Part shown: positions 46,918-56,429 of the stretch, piece after piece
Position numbering within the stretch: the first letter of the stretch is position 1
Layout of the letters: every line of letters begins with the position of its first letter
Assembly (NCBI GenBank): GCA_049325335.1
Contig: JBMOMC010000002.1
Location: 64,001-128,000 of the forward strand
Length of the DNA: 64,000 nucleotides
From: Nitrospirota bacterium
GTDB taxonomy: Bacteria > Nitrospirota > Nitrospiria > 2-01-FULL-66-17
Direction of reading: 5' to 3'
Made by a program: the position numbers and the translations under genes
Notes under the pieces: model-generated
What the model saw: the letters and a program-made list of their open reading frames with translations, nothing else
The model's database searches: none
Told to the model about the DNA's origin: nothing

Positions 46918-48423
46918 TTACGACGAACAACTCACTTCGACGTGGGCGCCCCAGTCAGGCGGGGGCTTGGCGTAGGCATCGTGTTCCGGCTGCTCGTCGA
47001 AGGGATTCGAGAGAATCGCGAGGAGCCGATCGATTTCCGAAAAGTCTTTTTGTTGGGCTTTTTCGATCGCGACCTGCGCCAGATAGTTGCGCAGCACATA
47101 CTTGGGGTTCACCGCGTGCATCGCCAATTTGCGCGGAGCATCCGCGCTCCCTTCCTGCCGCAGGCGCGCGCGATACCGCGCGGCCCACGCATCGAACGCT
47201 TCGCGGTCGATCACTAGATCCCGCAGGGGTTCATTCGCCGCCGGGTTCTCAATCTGCAGGTCTCCGAGGCGCCGGAAGAACAGGGTGAAGTCCACCCGGT
47301 TGGTCTGCATCATCGCGAACATCGCGTCAACCAGGGCGGCATCGTCGGGCATCGCGGTTCGGAGTCCGAGTTTGGCGCGCAGCAAGGCCTCCCACTTGGC
47401 GGAAAACTCTGGCACGAACAATTCCAGCGCGGCTCGCGCGTCCTCTTCGCTGCCGATTAAAGGCAGCAATGTCCGGCCCAGCCTGACGCAGTTCCAGTAC
47501 GCGACATCGGGCTGCCGGTCGTAGGCATAGCGCCCGTGGTGGTCCGAGTGGTTGCAGATGTGCTGCGGGTCGAACGCGTCCATGAACCCGAACGGGCCGT
47601 AGTCGATGGTGAGGCCGAGGATCGACATGTTGTCGGTGTTCATCACCCCGTGCATGAACCCGACGGCTTGCCACTGGGCCATCAGATGCGCGGTGCGGCG
47701 GGTGACTTCCGCGAGCAGGGCTTGATACGGATTCTTGGCGTCGCGCAGGTCCGGGTAGAAGCGGTCGATCACGTAGTCCGCGAGTGTGCGGAGGGCGTCC
47801 ATGTGCTCGTTGTAAAACCAATGCTCGAACGACCCGAACCGAATGAACGTGGGCGCCATACGCGTGACCACGGCCGCGGTCTCCGGCGTTTCCCGCATCA
47901 CGCGTTGGTCCGAACCGGTCACGCACAACACGCCCGAGGTGGGAATACCCAGTCCGGCCATGGCTTCCGAACACAAAAATTCGCGGATCGAGGAGCGTAA
48001 CACCGCGCGGCCGTCGCCCATGCGCGAATACGGGGTCTGGCCAGCGCCTTTGAGTTGTAACTCCATCACCCCCGGATGCCCCACCCCGCGCGCGGGCACC
48101 TCGCCCAGCAGGATCGCCCGCCCGTCGCCCAGTTGGCCGGCCCAAATGCCGAATTGGTGGCCCGAATACACGGCCGCGATGGGCGACGCGCCCGCCGGAA
48201 GTCGGTTGCCCGAGAAGCGTTCGATGAACTCCTGCGTCTGAAACTCCGCTGGGTCCAAGCCGATCATGTTCGCGGCCGAGACGCTCCCCGCCACCAAGTA
48301 CGGCGCGGGCAGGGGCGTGGGCGTCACCTGGGTGTAGAATGCGGGCGGCAAGCTCGCGAACGAGTGACGCCACGGTAATGAGTCCGTGCGATGGAGTACG
48401 GCCGGTTCCGTGGGCGGAGTCAT
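46918..48423 (-). CDS. selO: Protein adenylyltransferase SelO/YdiU
   Basis: [39 protein letters not shown]-terminal SCSS. Confidence 0.95.
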   Translation of the reverse strand: MTPPTEPAVLHRTDSLPWRHSFASLPPAFYTQVTPTPLPAPYLVAGSVSAANMIGLDPAEFQTQEFIERFSGNRLPAGASPIAAVYSGHQFGIWAGQLGDGRAILLGEVPARGVGHPGVMELQLKGAGQTPYSRMGDGRAVLRSSIREFLCSEAMAGLGIPTSGVLCVTGSDQRVMRETPETAAVVTRMAPTFIRFGSFEHWFYNEHMDALRTLADYVIDRFYPDLRDAKNPYQALLAEVTRRTAHLMAQWQAVGFMHGVMNTDNMSILGLTIDYGPFGFMDAFDPQHICNHSDHHGRYAYDRQPDVAYWNCVRLGRTLLPLIGSEEDARAALELFVPEFSAKWEALLRAKLGLRTAMPDDAALVDAMFAMMQTNRVDFTLFFRRLGDLQIENPAANEPLRDLVIDREAFDAWAARYRARLRQEGSADAPRKLAMHAVNPKYVLRNYLAQVAIEKAQQKDFSEIDRLLAILSNPFDEQPEHDAYAKPPPDWGAHVEVSCSS

Positions 48424-48462
48424 GTCGGTCGATCGGGCGGAAAGGCTTTCGACGATTCGCGG

Positions 48463-49335
48463 TTAGTCTTCCAAATACCCGAATCGACCGGCGTTAAAGT
48501 CCTCCACCGCCTGGTTGATTTCATCCGTGCTGTTCATAACGAACGGGCCGTAGTGCACGAGCGGCTCTTCGATCGGCTCGCCGCTCAAAAACAGCACAAC
48601 GGCGTCGGTCACCGCATGGACGCGGACGTCGTCGCCGTCGTGTTTGAACAGGACGGCCTGCCCCTCCGTGACCGCGGCCGAGTCATTGGCCTTCACGGTG
48701 CCGCTCAACACTAGCAACGCGGTGTTGTAGTCCTTGGGTGTGGGAAGCCGTACCTCGGCGCCCGCCTGTAATCGCAGATCCAGCATGTGCGCGGGCGTGA
48801 ATGTGGAGGCCGCGCCCTTGGTTGCCTCGTACGCGCCGGAAATCACCCGGACCACGCCCTTGTTGTCCGGTAGGACGACTTCCGGGATATCCGCGGTGGT
48901 CAGCGGCTGATACTTCGGCGCGGTCAGTTTGTGGCGCTTGGGCAAATTGACCCAGATCTGCATCATGTGCATGATGCCGCCGGCTTTCGCAAACGACTCT
49001 TCGTGGTATTCGTTGTGCAGAATGCCGCCGCCCGCGGTCATCCACTGCACCTCGCCGGGACGGATCACCCCGCCCGCGCCGGTGCTGTCGCGGTGCGCGA
49101 CCGCTCCTTGATACGCAATGGTCACGGTTTCAAAGCCGCGGTGCGGATGCGTGCCCACCCCTCGCCGTTCGGTCGTGGGGTCGTACACGCGCGGCGCGTG
49201 ATAATCCAACAGAAAGAACGGGCTCATGCGTTTTTCAAAGTCCGTGGCCGACGGGAAGTAATTGCTCACCCGAAAGCCGTTGCCCACCCAATGTTCCCGC
49301 GCTCCCCGAAATACCCGCTCGATCGTTCGGTCCAT
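48463..49335 (-). CDS. Pirin family protein
   Basis: HPHRGFETVT, QWMTAG.GI.H.E, QIWVNLP, GPFVMN. Confidence 0.95.
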   Translation of the reverse strand: MDRTIERVFRGAREHWVGNGFRVSNYFPSATDFEKRMSPFFLLDYHAPRVYDPTTERRGVGTHPHRGFETVTIAYQGAVAHRDSTGAGGVIRPGEVQWMTAGGGILHNEYHEESFAKAGGIMHMMQIWVNLPKRHKLTAPKYQPLTTADIPEVVLPDNKGVVRVISGAYEATKGAASTFTPAHMLDLRLQAGAEVRLPTPKDYNTALLVLSGTVKANDSAAVTEGQAVLFKHDGDDVRVHAVTDAVVLFLSGEPIEEPLVHYGPFVMNSTDEINQAVEDFNAGRFGYLED

Positions 49336-49703
49336 CGCAGTCCCTCCCGCTCCCTTGATACCACAGCGGAGGGGCTTATTCCATCGTGGTCCATGATCCG
49401 CGATCGGGATTGGCTTCGCAATGGTGGTGGCGTAGCGGCGTACCTCGTGGTCCGCCGTCCTCAACCGTCACTCGGCGCGTCGCGACGATGATGAACGGAA
49501 CACTGAAACCATGGACGTTGTCCGCGTCGCTCGGGTGCTGCGTGCTCGCGGTGTCCGCCTTCGGTGGGGCGCCAATCGAAGCCGGAAATTCGGCGCTCGG
49601 CTGATGCAAAGTCGGCAGGATCGACGAGACTGTTCTTATGAAGAGCGATGGATCAAAGTTCGGAATTCCCCGAAGTTGTTGATGCTTTTGCGCCCCGCGC
49701 CGA

Positions 49704-49720
49704 CGGGCACGGGCAATGCT
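49704..49720 (+). promoter_or_regulatory. Sigma54 -24/-12 promoter
   Basis: CGGGCACGGGCAATGCT has GG-N10-GC spacing, upstream of the paralog of 6677. Confidence 0.6.
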
Positions 49721-49754
49721 ACGAGATGTGGTTGTGGAGAGGAGGTGATGACGG

Positions 49755-50051
49755 ATGACACGTTGGCGTAACGCTATGTGGATGCTGGTGCCTGTGCTGC
49801 TGGTTGTCGCGGTGTCGTATGCAGCCATGACCACACTGAACGGTGAGGTGACGAAATACGAAATTGGGAAGACCATTTCGGTCAAAGATTTCACCGGCAA
49901 CGTCTTGGCCTTGGAGATCACCAAAGACACCAAGGTTGAAGGCGACGTGAAAGTGGGGTCCCAGGTCATGGTCGAAGCGGACGGCAAGAAGGTCAAAAGC
50001 CTAAAGGTAATGGCCAGCAGGCCAGGATCCGACGGGTTTGGCGGCGGTTAG
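49755..50051 (+). CDS. Small secreted beta-rich protein (paralog of 6677..6940)
   Basis: GGAGG RBS, signal peptide, GEVTKYEIGKTISVKD..EITKDTKVEGDVKVG. Confidence 0.8.
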   Translation: MTRWRNAMWMLVPVLLVVAVSYAAMTTLNGEVTKYEIGKTISVKDFTGNVLALEITKDTKVEGDVKVGSQVMVEADGKKVKSLKVMASRPGSDGFGGG

Positions 50052-50170
50052 GTGATGCCGCCGACGTTCGGGGTATGCAGGGGCGGTCCTGATCTCACGG
50101 GATGGGACCGGAGCCAGGCCGCCTCTGCCTGACCACGTGCAGTGACTCGAAGCGGACAGGAGGTTTTCTC

Positions 50171-51160
50171 ATGACCGTGAGGACGGTGGAACAGTGGAAC
50201 ACGTGTGAGCGCGAATCACCAACGAGTGCGTCGCCGGAGGCGTGTCCTCGCGCTGCGGTGGTGTTGGCCGGCGGCGACGGCCGGCGGCTCGAACCGTTTG
50301 TCCGTCGATTACGTGGGGATGCATTGCCGAAGCAGTACGTGTCGTTGTACGGGACACGGTCCCTGCTGGAGCGCACGTTCACACGGGTCGAACGCCTCGT
50401 GCCGCCGGACCGCATCATGACCGTGGTGACGCGCGATCATCTCCTCTATGCCGACGCGTGCCGGCAACTGGCCAACCGTCCCACGCACACCGTGATCGTC
50501 CAACCTCGGAACCGAGACACCGCCCCCGGACTCCTGCTCCCGCTGGCCTATCTGCAACGGCGGTCAGCGGACGCGCTCGTGGCCGTGTTTCCATCCGATC
50601 ACTATGTGAGTAACGACTGGGCGCTCATGCAGCACGTGGAGACGGCGTTTCGGACCGTGGAGGCCCGGCCGGAGTTGATCGTCATGGTCGGCGTGCGGCC
50701 CGATGCGCCGGAAACCGACTACGGCTACGTGGTGCCCGGTTCCGCGATGGCGAGTGACGGACTGCCCGGCGTCCGGGAGGTGCGTCGCTTCGTTGAAAAA
50801 CCGACCGCGTGTCAGGCCGACGAACTGATCCTTCACGGGGCGTTGTGGAATACGTCGATTCTCGTGTTTCGCCTTCGCATGCTGCTTGATCTGATGTGGA
50901 GCATCGCCCCGACCTTGTCCCTGCACTTTCTGGAGATCGCGGAGGCCCTGGACACGCCTCGCGCCCGCGAGGTGATCGACGAGGTCTATCGGACCGTGGC
51001 CCCCATGAATCTGTCCCGTGGAATTCTGGAATTGATCAGCGACCGGTGGCCATCGCATCTGGCAGTGTTGCCCATCGACGACGCGTTCTGGAGCGATTGG
51101 GGCGTGGAACATCGCATCCTCCGCGACCTGTACGTGCTGAGTGAGGGCTTGCGGGCGTAA
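50171..51160 (+). CDS. Sugar-phosphate nucleotidyltransferase (mannose-1-P guanylyltransferase-like)
   Basis: VLAGGDGRRL, PKQY, RDTAP, PSDH, YGY, FVEKP, WSDWG. Confidence 0.88.
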   Translation: MTVRTVEQWNTCERESPTSASPEACPRAAVVLAGGDGRRLEPFVRRLRGDALPKQYVSLYGTRSLLERTFTRVERLVPPDRIMTVVTRDHLLYADACRQLANRPTHTVIVQPRNRDTAPGLLLPLAYLQRRSADALVAVFPSDHYVSNDWALMQHVETAFRTVEARPELIVMVGVRPDAPETDYGYVVPGSAMASDGLPGVREVRRFVEKPTACQADELILHGALWNTSILVFRLRMLLDLMWSIAPTLSLHFLEIAEALDTPRAREVIDEVYRTVAPMNLSRGILELISDRWPSHLAVLPIDDAFWSDWGVEHRILRDLYVLSEGLRA

Positions 51161-51312
51161 GGTTCAGCGGCGAGCCGAGAACTTCAAAAGCTCTGGTCTA
51201 AGACCGGAGGCCTGTGGGGCGGCCGTAACGATGAGCGATTGTTCCTGGTCGTAGCCAAAATATCAACTGGTGATGAAAAATTATCACATAAATTAGACCC
51301 GTCCCAAGCCGG

Positions 51313-51488
51313 TCCCAGGGCGATCAGCAGCAGCGCTCTGGGCAAGCGCTACGGCGGATCGACGGCCAGCCCATGCGGCTGTGCATAGCGTCGAAGGTCG
51401 GCGAAAAGCTTATGAGTGCGTCGTCGGCCACCGCCTTGAACATCCGCATGGCCTGCGCCGCCGGTAGCCGTATTCCCGGGGCAACATA
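51313..51488 (-). pseudogene. IS5-family transposase N-terminal remnant
   Basis: Translates YVAPGIRLPAAQAMRMFKAVADDALISFSPTFDAMHSRMGWPSI, then frameshift/stop and RLPRALLLIAL. Resembles the recalled consensus YVSPE.RVP.DHPLR...LSPTFDAMYS..GRPSIPPERLLRALLL. Confidence 0.7.
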
Positions 51489-51746
51489 ATTTAAGGCAGA
51501 TCACGTGGGGCGTATGGTCGCTCCTCCGGGATTGAGACCCCGTGAGTATCCCGTGGTACTCACCGGCAGGGTCTTTCCGTCACCGCCGAGATTCTTCTCG
51601 CGGGATGGGTGCGGTCTGCGGGTCGGCGAAGTCTGAATCGTCTGTCCCTGAGCTGCCACTGGGGACGTCACAGACACCAAGTTGTGTTTTCACGTCGCAA
51701 CAGGATGGATTGAGGAGTCTGACGACAGATGGGCGAGAAAGGAGTC

Positions 51747-52124
51747 ATGACCGTGGACGGACATACTTCGATGAGGTCTATGTTGGTTGCTTCGCTCGTG
51801 GTGAGCGGGATCGTGGCCAGCTCCGGCGCCGAGGCTTCCGGCACCGTGGTGATGCACGAAGGTTTGGGACAGTTTGCGCCGCAGGTGACGACGGCCGAGG
51901 TCGGTGAGCGAATCACGTGGGTGAACTACAGTCGCACCGACGATGTCTTTGTCACCGCATCACAGCCTGTGACGGGGCACGTGAGGGAGGGGATGGGTGA
52001 GTTGGAGGTCAATACCGTTCTCCATCCGGGATCCATCTATTCGCATGCGTTCAAGGCGCCTGGAGCCTATTACTATTACTGCGCCGGCCACGAGGGTATG
52101 TGGGGGATCGTTGTCGTGAGATAG
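51747..52124 (+). CDS. Cupredoxin-fold secreted protein
   Basis: AAGGAG RBS, signal peptide, F.P....VGE.ITWVN, F..PG.YYYYCAGHEGM.G. Confidence 0.8.
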   Translation: MTVDGHTSMRSMLVASLVVSGIVASSGAEASGTVVMHEGLGQFAPQVTTAEVGERITWVNYSRTDDVFVTASQPVTGHVREGMGELEVNTVLHPGSIYSHAFKAPGAYYYYCAGHEGMWGIVVVR

Positions 52125-52380
52125 ATCGGTGTCCTCAGATGGCCGGTCTTATCCGGGTGTTTTTGGTGCCGTCGTTAAAGCCATGGACCGCGCCGAATGG
52201 GGGGATGCGACCAACGGTGGATGTGAAGCGGTTTCGCGCTGGGAGGAGAACGGTAAGCCAAGAAGCGCAGGAAAGGACGAACCTGGTGCACCCCGTAGTT
52301 AAAGATGCGGTGGTGATGAAAAATTACGTGATTGCTTGGGACCGTCCCCAAAGAGGAGAGTCCCCACAGAGGAGACGACC

Positions 52381-53664
52381 ATGAAGACGGACAATCTGGC
52401 GAACGAACAGATCTATACCCAGGAACGGACCGCTCAGTATGTCTGGCAGCGCGCCAAAGACGTGGGGGTCTCACGGCGCCGTTTCATGCAGTGGACGGCT
52501 GCGGGCACCGGGGCAATGCTCTTGTTCCAGTTCCCCGGCTCGGGCTCGATACGGCCTGCCGTGGCCGCGCACGTTGGCCCGGTGGTAAAGCCAGTCCCCC
52601 CTGAGCTGTTTTTCAACTATGGGACCAATTTCGAGATGCGGTTCGAGGTCATGGCCGACAAGGGGTACCTTGTTCCGATTGAAAACTTTTTTATCCGGAA
52701 CCACACCCGGACGCCCCACATCGATCCGTCCACGTACCGATTGAGGATCCACGGATCCGGCGTGCGCAGGGACATCGAGCTGAGCTATGACGATATCCTT
52801 CGGATGCCCATGGTCACCGAGAAAAAATATGTGGAATGCGCGGGCAACGGACGCCGCTTGTTCAACCTGAAAGGAGGATGCGGTCAACGGCCGGGGAGTC
52901 AATGGTACCTTGGCGGCATCGGGGTGGCCGAGTGGACCGGCGTAAGGCTTGCCGAGGTGCTGGAACGCGCGCACCTCAAGCGGACGGCCGTTGACGTGAT
53001 GCCGGCGGGGCTTGATCCCGAATTCGGCGCGGACGGACACGTCCGGAAGCCGCACTCGATCGAGAAAGCCTTGCACGACACCCTGCTTGTGGTCGGCATG
53101 AACGGCCAAACGCTGCCCGCGGATCACGGCTTTCCTGCACGGATCCTGACCCCGGGCTGGGCGGGCATCAACAGCATCAAGTGGGTGGGGGACATCGAGG
53201 TCGCGGACGTGCCGCTGTTTTCCGCGTGGAATACCAAGTTTTATGTGTTGGAGAACGACGATTCGGTCGGTTGCGGACCAGGGTTCTATCCGTGTCCGCC
53301 GCCCGCCGTGACCGAGCAGACCGTCAAGAGCGCCTTCGAGATCGCATGGCCGACCGACGGGGTCTCGGCCGAGATACCCGCGGACCGACCCGTCACGGGC
53401 CGCGCGTGGTCGCCGGCCGCCAAGATCAAGAGGGTCGAGGTCAGTGTGGACGGGGGGGCATATCACGAGGCGGAACTGACCAAGCCCAATATTCCTCAGG
53501 CATGGGTGCGGTTGGGCATTGACCTGGATCTGCCGCTCGGCCCCCACGTGCTGCGGTGCCGGGCCACGGACGACAAGGGGTATACGCAACCCGACAGCGT
53601 GCCGTGCAACCGGCAAGGGTACCTCTACAACGCGGTGGTGACCCACTCTGTGATGGTGGTCTAA
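52381..53664 (+). CDS. Tat-exported sulfite oxidase family molybdoenzyme (SorA/SoxC-like)
   Basis: SRRRFM Tat motif, FFIRNH, ECAGNGR, WTGV.L, DHGFPAR..PGW.G..SIKW, Mo-co dimer domain. Confidence 0.9.
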   Translation: MKTDNLANEQIYTQERTAQYVWQRAKDVGVSRRRFMQWTAAGTGAMLLFQFPGSGSIRPAVAAHVGPVVKPVPPELFFNYGTNFEMRFEVMADKGYLVPIENFFIRNHTRTPHIDPSTYRLRIHGSGVRRDIELSYDDILRMPMVTEKKYVECAGNGRRLFNLKGGCGQRPGSQWYLGGIGVAEWTGVRLAEVLERAHLKRTAVDVMPAGLDPEFGADGHVRKPHSIEKALHDTLLVVGMNGQTLPADHGFPARILTPGWAGINSIKWVGDIEVADVPLFSAWNTKFYVLENDDSVGCGPGFYPCPPPAVTEQTVKSAFEIAWPTDGVSAEIPADRPVTGRAWSPAAKIKRVEVSVDGGAYHEAELTKPNIPQAWVRLGIDLDLPLGPHVLRCRATDDKGYTQPDSVPCNRQGYLYNAVVTHSVMVV

Positions 53665-53699
53665 TCGAGAAGGCCGCCGGCGTTTAGCTTGGCGGCCTT

Positions 53700-53880
53700 C
53701 TCGGGTAAACGGTAGCGAGGCGGTGCGGACCAGCAGGTGCGCGTGATTGGTGCGAGCGACCAGGCGTAGACGCGGACCTCTGTCGGCCCTAACGCGCGCG
53801 GCGACGCGCCTGACGAAGTCATCGCGATCGTAGTCGTCGAGAAAGATCGGCTGGCGATCGATGCCGCGCGCCATGACGGG
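53700..53880 (-). pseudogene. REP-associated tyrosine (Y1/IS200-like) transposase remnant
   Basis: VMARGIDRQPIFLDDYDRDDF and NHAHLLVRT (HUH motif) in one frame, VRVYAWSL in another; truncated. Confidence 0.7.
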
Positions 53881-54119
53881 TCGTTCCCGTAGCATAAGGC
53901 CACGAAAGCCGTAACGTCCCCGATCGGTAACCCCGACCACCGGTTGACGCGAACGGTCCACGCCGGCCGAAGACCAGGACACCAAGACATCAATCAACAC
54001 GACGGAATCACTCGGAGCGCCCGTGTCACGGCCACCGCCACCGTAGGATTTTCCAGGGAGCAGGTCTGACTTCGAGTGGGCCGTGCCGCGAGGACCGAAA
54101 TCATGACGAATGTTCCTAG

Positions 54120-54250
54120 CAGGGTGCTGAAAAACCCTCTTGAAGTCCTTCGGCAAGCTCAGGATGAATGGGTGGGGCATTGAACGTCCGGCAAATTCTC
54201 CGTTCGTGGTGAGCCTGTCGAACCACGCTCAAGACTTTTTCAGCACCCTG
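54120..54250. mobile_element. 131-bp MITE-like element with 15-bp terminal inverted repeats and internal REP-like arms
   Basis: CAGGGTGCTGAAAAA...TTTTTCAGCACCCTG flanked by CTAG/TTAG. Inner imperfect arms TTCGGCAAGCTCAGGATGAATGG and CCGTTCGTGGTGAGCCTGTCGAA. Confidence 0.75.
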
Positions 54251-54309
54251 TTAGTAACAACAATCCGCTGGTTCAGCCGGAACTCTCGCTTTCGTATAAC
54301 CGCGCGACG

Positions 54310-54822
54310 TTTACGGCGTGGTTAAACGGTGATCTGGATGAAGGGCACATCAACGAGATCGATTTGCTCGCCGGGTACACCTGGGAGTCGGGACCGCTGT
54401 CGGTCACACCGGGCACGCCGATTTTCTCTATCCCAACCGGGAACTGTGCCGCCGCCTCGCAAGAGGTGTATTTCGATGTGGCGTATTCCGCCGTGGTCGA
54501 CGTGGCCCTCAGCGCGCACTATGATTTTGACGCGGGGGGACGGTGCCTATGGGTCGCTGGGCCTCAGTCGTGAGATCGGCACTGCGTTTGGCGCGGTGGG
54601 AGTGGGCGCGACGCTCTACTACCGGAGAGAGTATTACGCGGTCAGCGGCATCCCCTCCCTGGAGTTCGGGGTCAGTTATGCCGCCACGGTCGGCGCGTCA
54701 CGGTCACGCCGTCCCTGTCGTACTTCGCGACGTGGGACAACGGCGATTTCCGCGACACGGACCCCGGGGGCGCGGTGCCCAGCAAATGGCTGATCGCGCT
54801 CTCCATCGCTCCCAGCGACTAA
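54310..54822 (+). pseudogene. Frameshifted TorF-like outer-membrane porin remnant
   Basis: NEIDLLAGYTW and QEVY motifs; the beta-strand pattern continues across two frame changes to TAA at 54820-54822; no start or signal peptide. Confidence 0.6.
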
Positions 54823-54877
54823 GCGTCGTCGGATGACGACGGTTTCAGCGGCGCAGTCCTCACCCCCGCATTGAATC

Positions 54878-55180
54878 GTGGCGACGGGTTTTACCACCGC
54901 CTTTCTTGGGGACGGACGCACCTTGCGGGAATTCATATCGAGCTTGGTCCAGGCGTTTCATCACTACACGAAAAACAGGATCATCGCCGAAGAGATCGAA
55001 ACCGATGACGAGTTTCGCACCGCCAAAGAAACGGGCGTCTACCTGATCCAAGGATTTCGCTTCGGGAAACCCACCGTCATCGCGACGCTTCCGACATTTC
55101 GCCGGGCGGTGGTGGTTCAGGCGCCAGACGGTCCTCTGTCGTTGCGCTCTTCCGGCATGGGTGCCCGGAGTATTCCTTGA
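54878..55180 (+). pseudogene. EAL-domain C-terminal fragment
   Basis: IIAEEIET...GVYLIQGFRFGKP resembles the end of the 7938 gene; the rest of the domain is absent. Confidence 0.6.
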
Positions 55181-55206
55181 CATTGCTTTTTGTTTAGGTT
55201 TATAGT
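55177..55206 (+). promoter_or_regulatory. Sigma70-like promoter
   Basis: TTGACA-18-TATAGT. Confidence 0.5.
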
Positions 55207-55427
55207 TCACCCCGCCTTTTTTGCACTCGACGTATATTCGTGAGTTGTCCCCACCGCGTGCGTGTATGTTCCGGTCGTGGGAGTTCCGATAGGGGCGAGT
55301 GGTGTGAATAGGGCGGCGTCGCAGCCGTCTAACGGGTTGCGAAGGTTGGTGGGCGCGACGCGTTTCGGGGGGCGGGCTGCGGTGTGGCAGCGAGCTGTGG
55401 TCAGATCGACAAACGGGAGGGGAACAA

Positions 55428-56243
55428 ATGAAACTCAGTAGGGCAGTGGTGGCAGTGGCGGTCGGGGCGACGTTGGCGTTTGGGTCCGGGGCGAAAGCCG
55501 AATATACCGAAGCGCCAGTGGCTGACGGCGGAACGGTGAGCGGGAAAATTTCCTTTAAGGGCGCGGCGCCGGGTCCCAAGACAGCGGCCTTCGCCAAATT
55601 TCCGAATTCGGGATTCTGCGAGAAGACCGACTCGGACGGCAAGGGCAACCGGGCGGTGCAAGAGGTCAAGGTCGGCAAAGACGGCGGCTTGCAGGATGTC
55701 GTGGTGTATATCGAGAGCGTGGAGAAGGGCAAACCGTTTAAATTCGACGGCACCGACGTGTCGATCGAGGGGTGCAAGTTCCTCGTGCAGGGTGGGCCGT
55801 CCAAGATGGTTGGCGTGGTCCAGAAGAAGAAGGAGATCCGGGTGTTGAATACGGATGCCGACCCCTCGGACCCCAAAGCCGCGACCGGCGTGCTCCACAA
55901 CCCGCACAGCTATGAAGTGGCGGGCGCGAACAACACCACCATCTTCAATTTGCCGTTGCCGGAAAAGGGACAGACCATCAAGAAACCGGTCATCCTTCGC
56001 AAGAAGGAGAGTACCTTCATGATCGAATGTGATCAACACAACTACATGCAGGCGTTCTTCCTGCCGATCGAGAATCCGTACTATGCGGTTGTGGGCGAGG
56101 ATGGAACGTTTTCGATCGGGGATGTGCCGCCGGGGACCTACGAGGTGTATGCGTGGCACCCCAAACTCGGCAAGCAGGAAGCGAATATCACGGTGACCGC
56201 GAAGGGGACGACTAAAGCCGACTTCGCATTTGCCGCGAAATAA
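55428..56243 (+). CDS. Secreted cupredoxin-like/carboxypeptidase-regulatory-like domain protein
   Basis: GGAGG RBS, signal ending AKA, HNPH, CDQHNYM, DGTFSIGDVPPGTY..AWHP.LG. Confidence 0.85.
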   Translation: MKLSRAVVAVAVGATLAFGSGAKAEYTEAPVADGGTVSGKISFKGAAPGPKTAAFAKFPNSGFCEKTDSDGKGNRAVQEVKVGKDGGLQDVVVYIESVEKGKPFKFDGTDVSIEGCKFLVQGGPSKMVGVVQKKKEIRVLNTDADPSDPKAATGVLHNPHSYEVAGANNTTIFNLPLPEKGQTIKKPVILRKKESTFMIECDQHNYMQAFFLPIENPYYAVVGEDGTFSIGDVPPGTYEVYAWHPKLGKQEANITVTAKGTTKADFAFAAK

Positions 56244-56309
56244 CTCGGTCGGTCGATGGGTCGGCGTGGTGAGGACGGCTGACCCGCGAACGAACGCACG
56301 TGATGCAAC

Positions 56310-56347
56310 AAAGGACATGGCGGGGGAAACCCCGCCATGTCCTTTTT
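56310..56347 (+). terminator. Rho-independent terminator
   Basis: AAAGGACATGGCGGGG-GAAA-CCCCGCCATGTCC followed by a T-tract. Confidence 0.85.
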
Positions 56348-56429
56348 AGGCCGATGAGCGCGGTTCGGATCAGGGCCGTGGTTGGGCGGGGATGATGGGG
56401 ACCTGTCGGCGGAAAGGGGAAGACGCCAC

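Noticed and set aside
51540..51700. Cobalamin or Moco riboswitch in the long leader
   Set aside because: Only an isolated GCCACTG; other conserved elements not recognisable. An Rfam scan would be needed.
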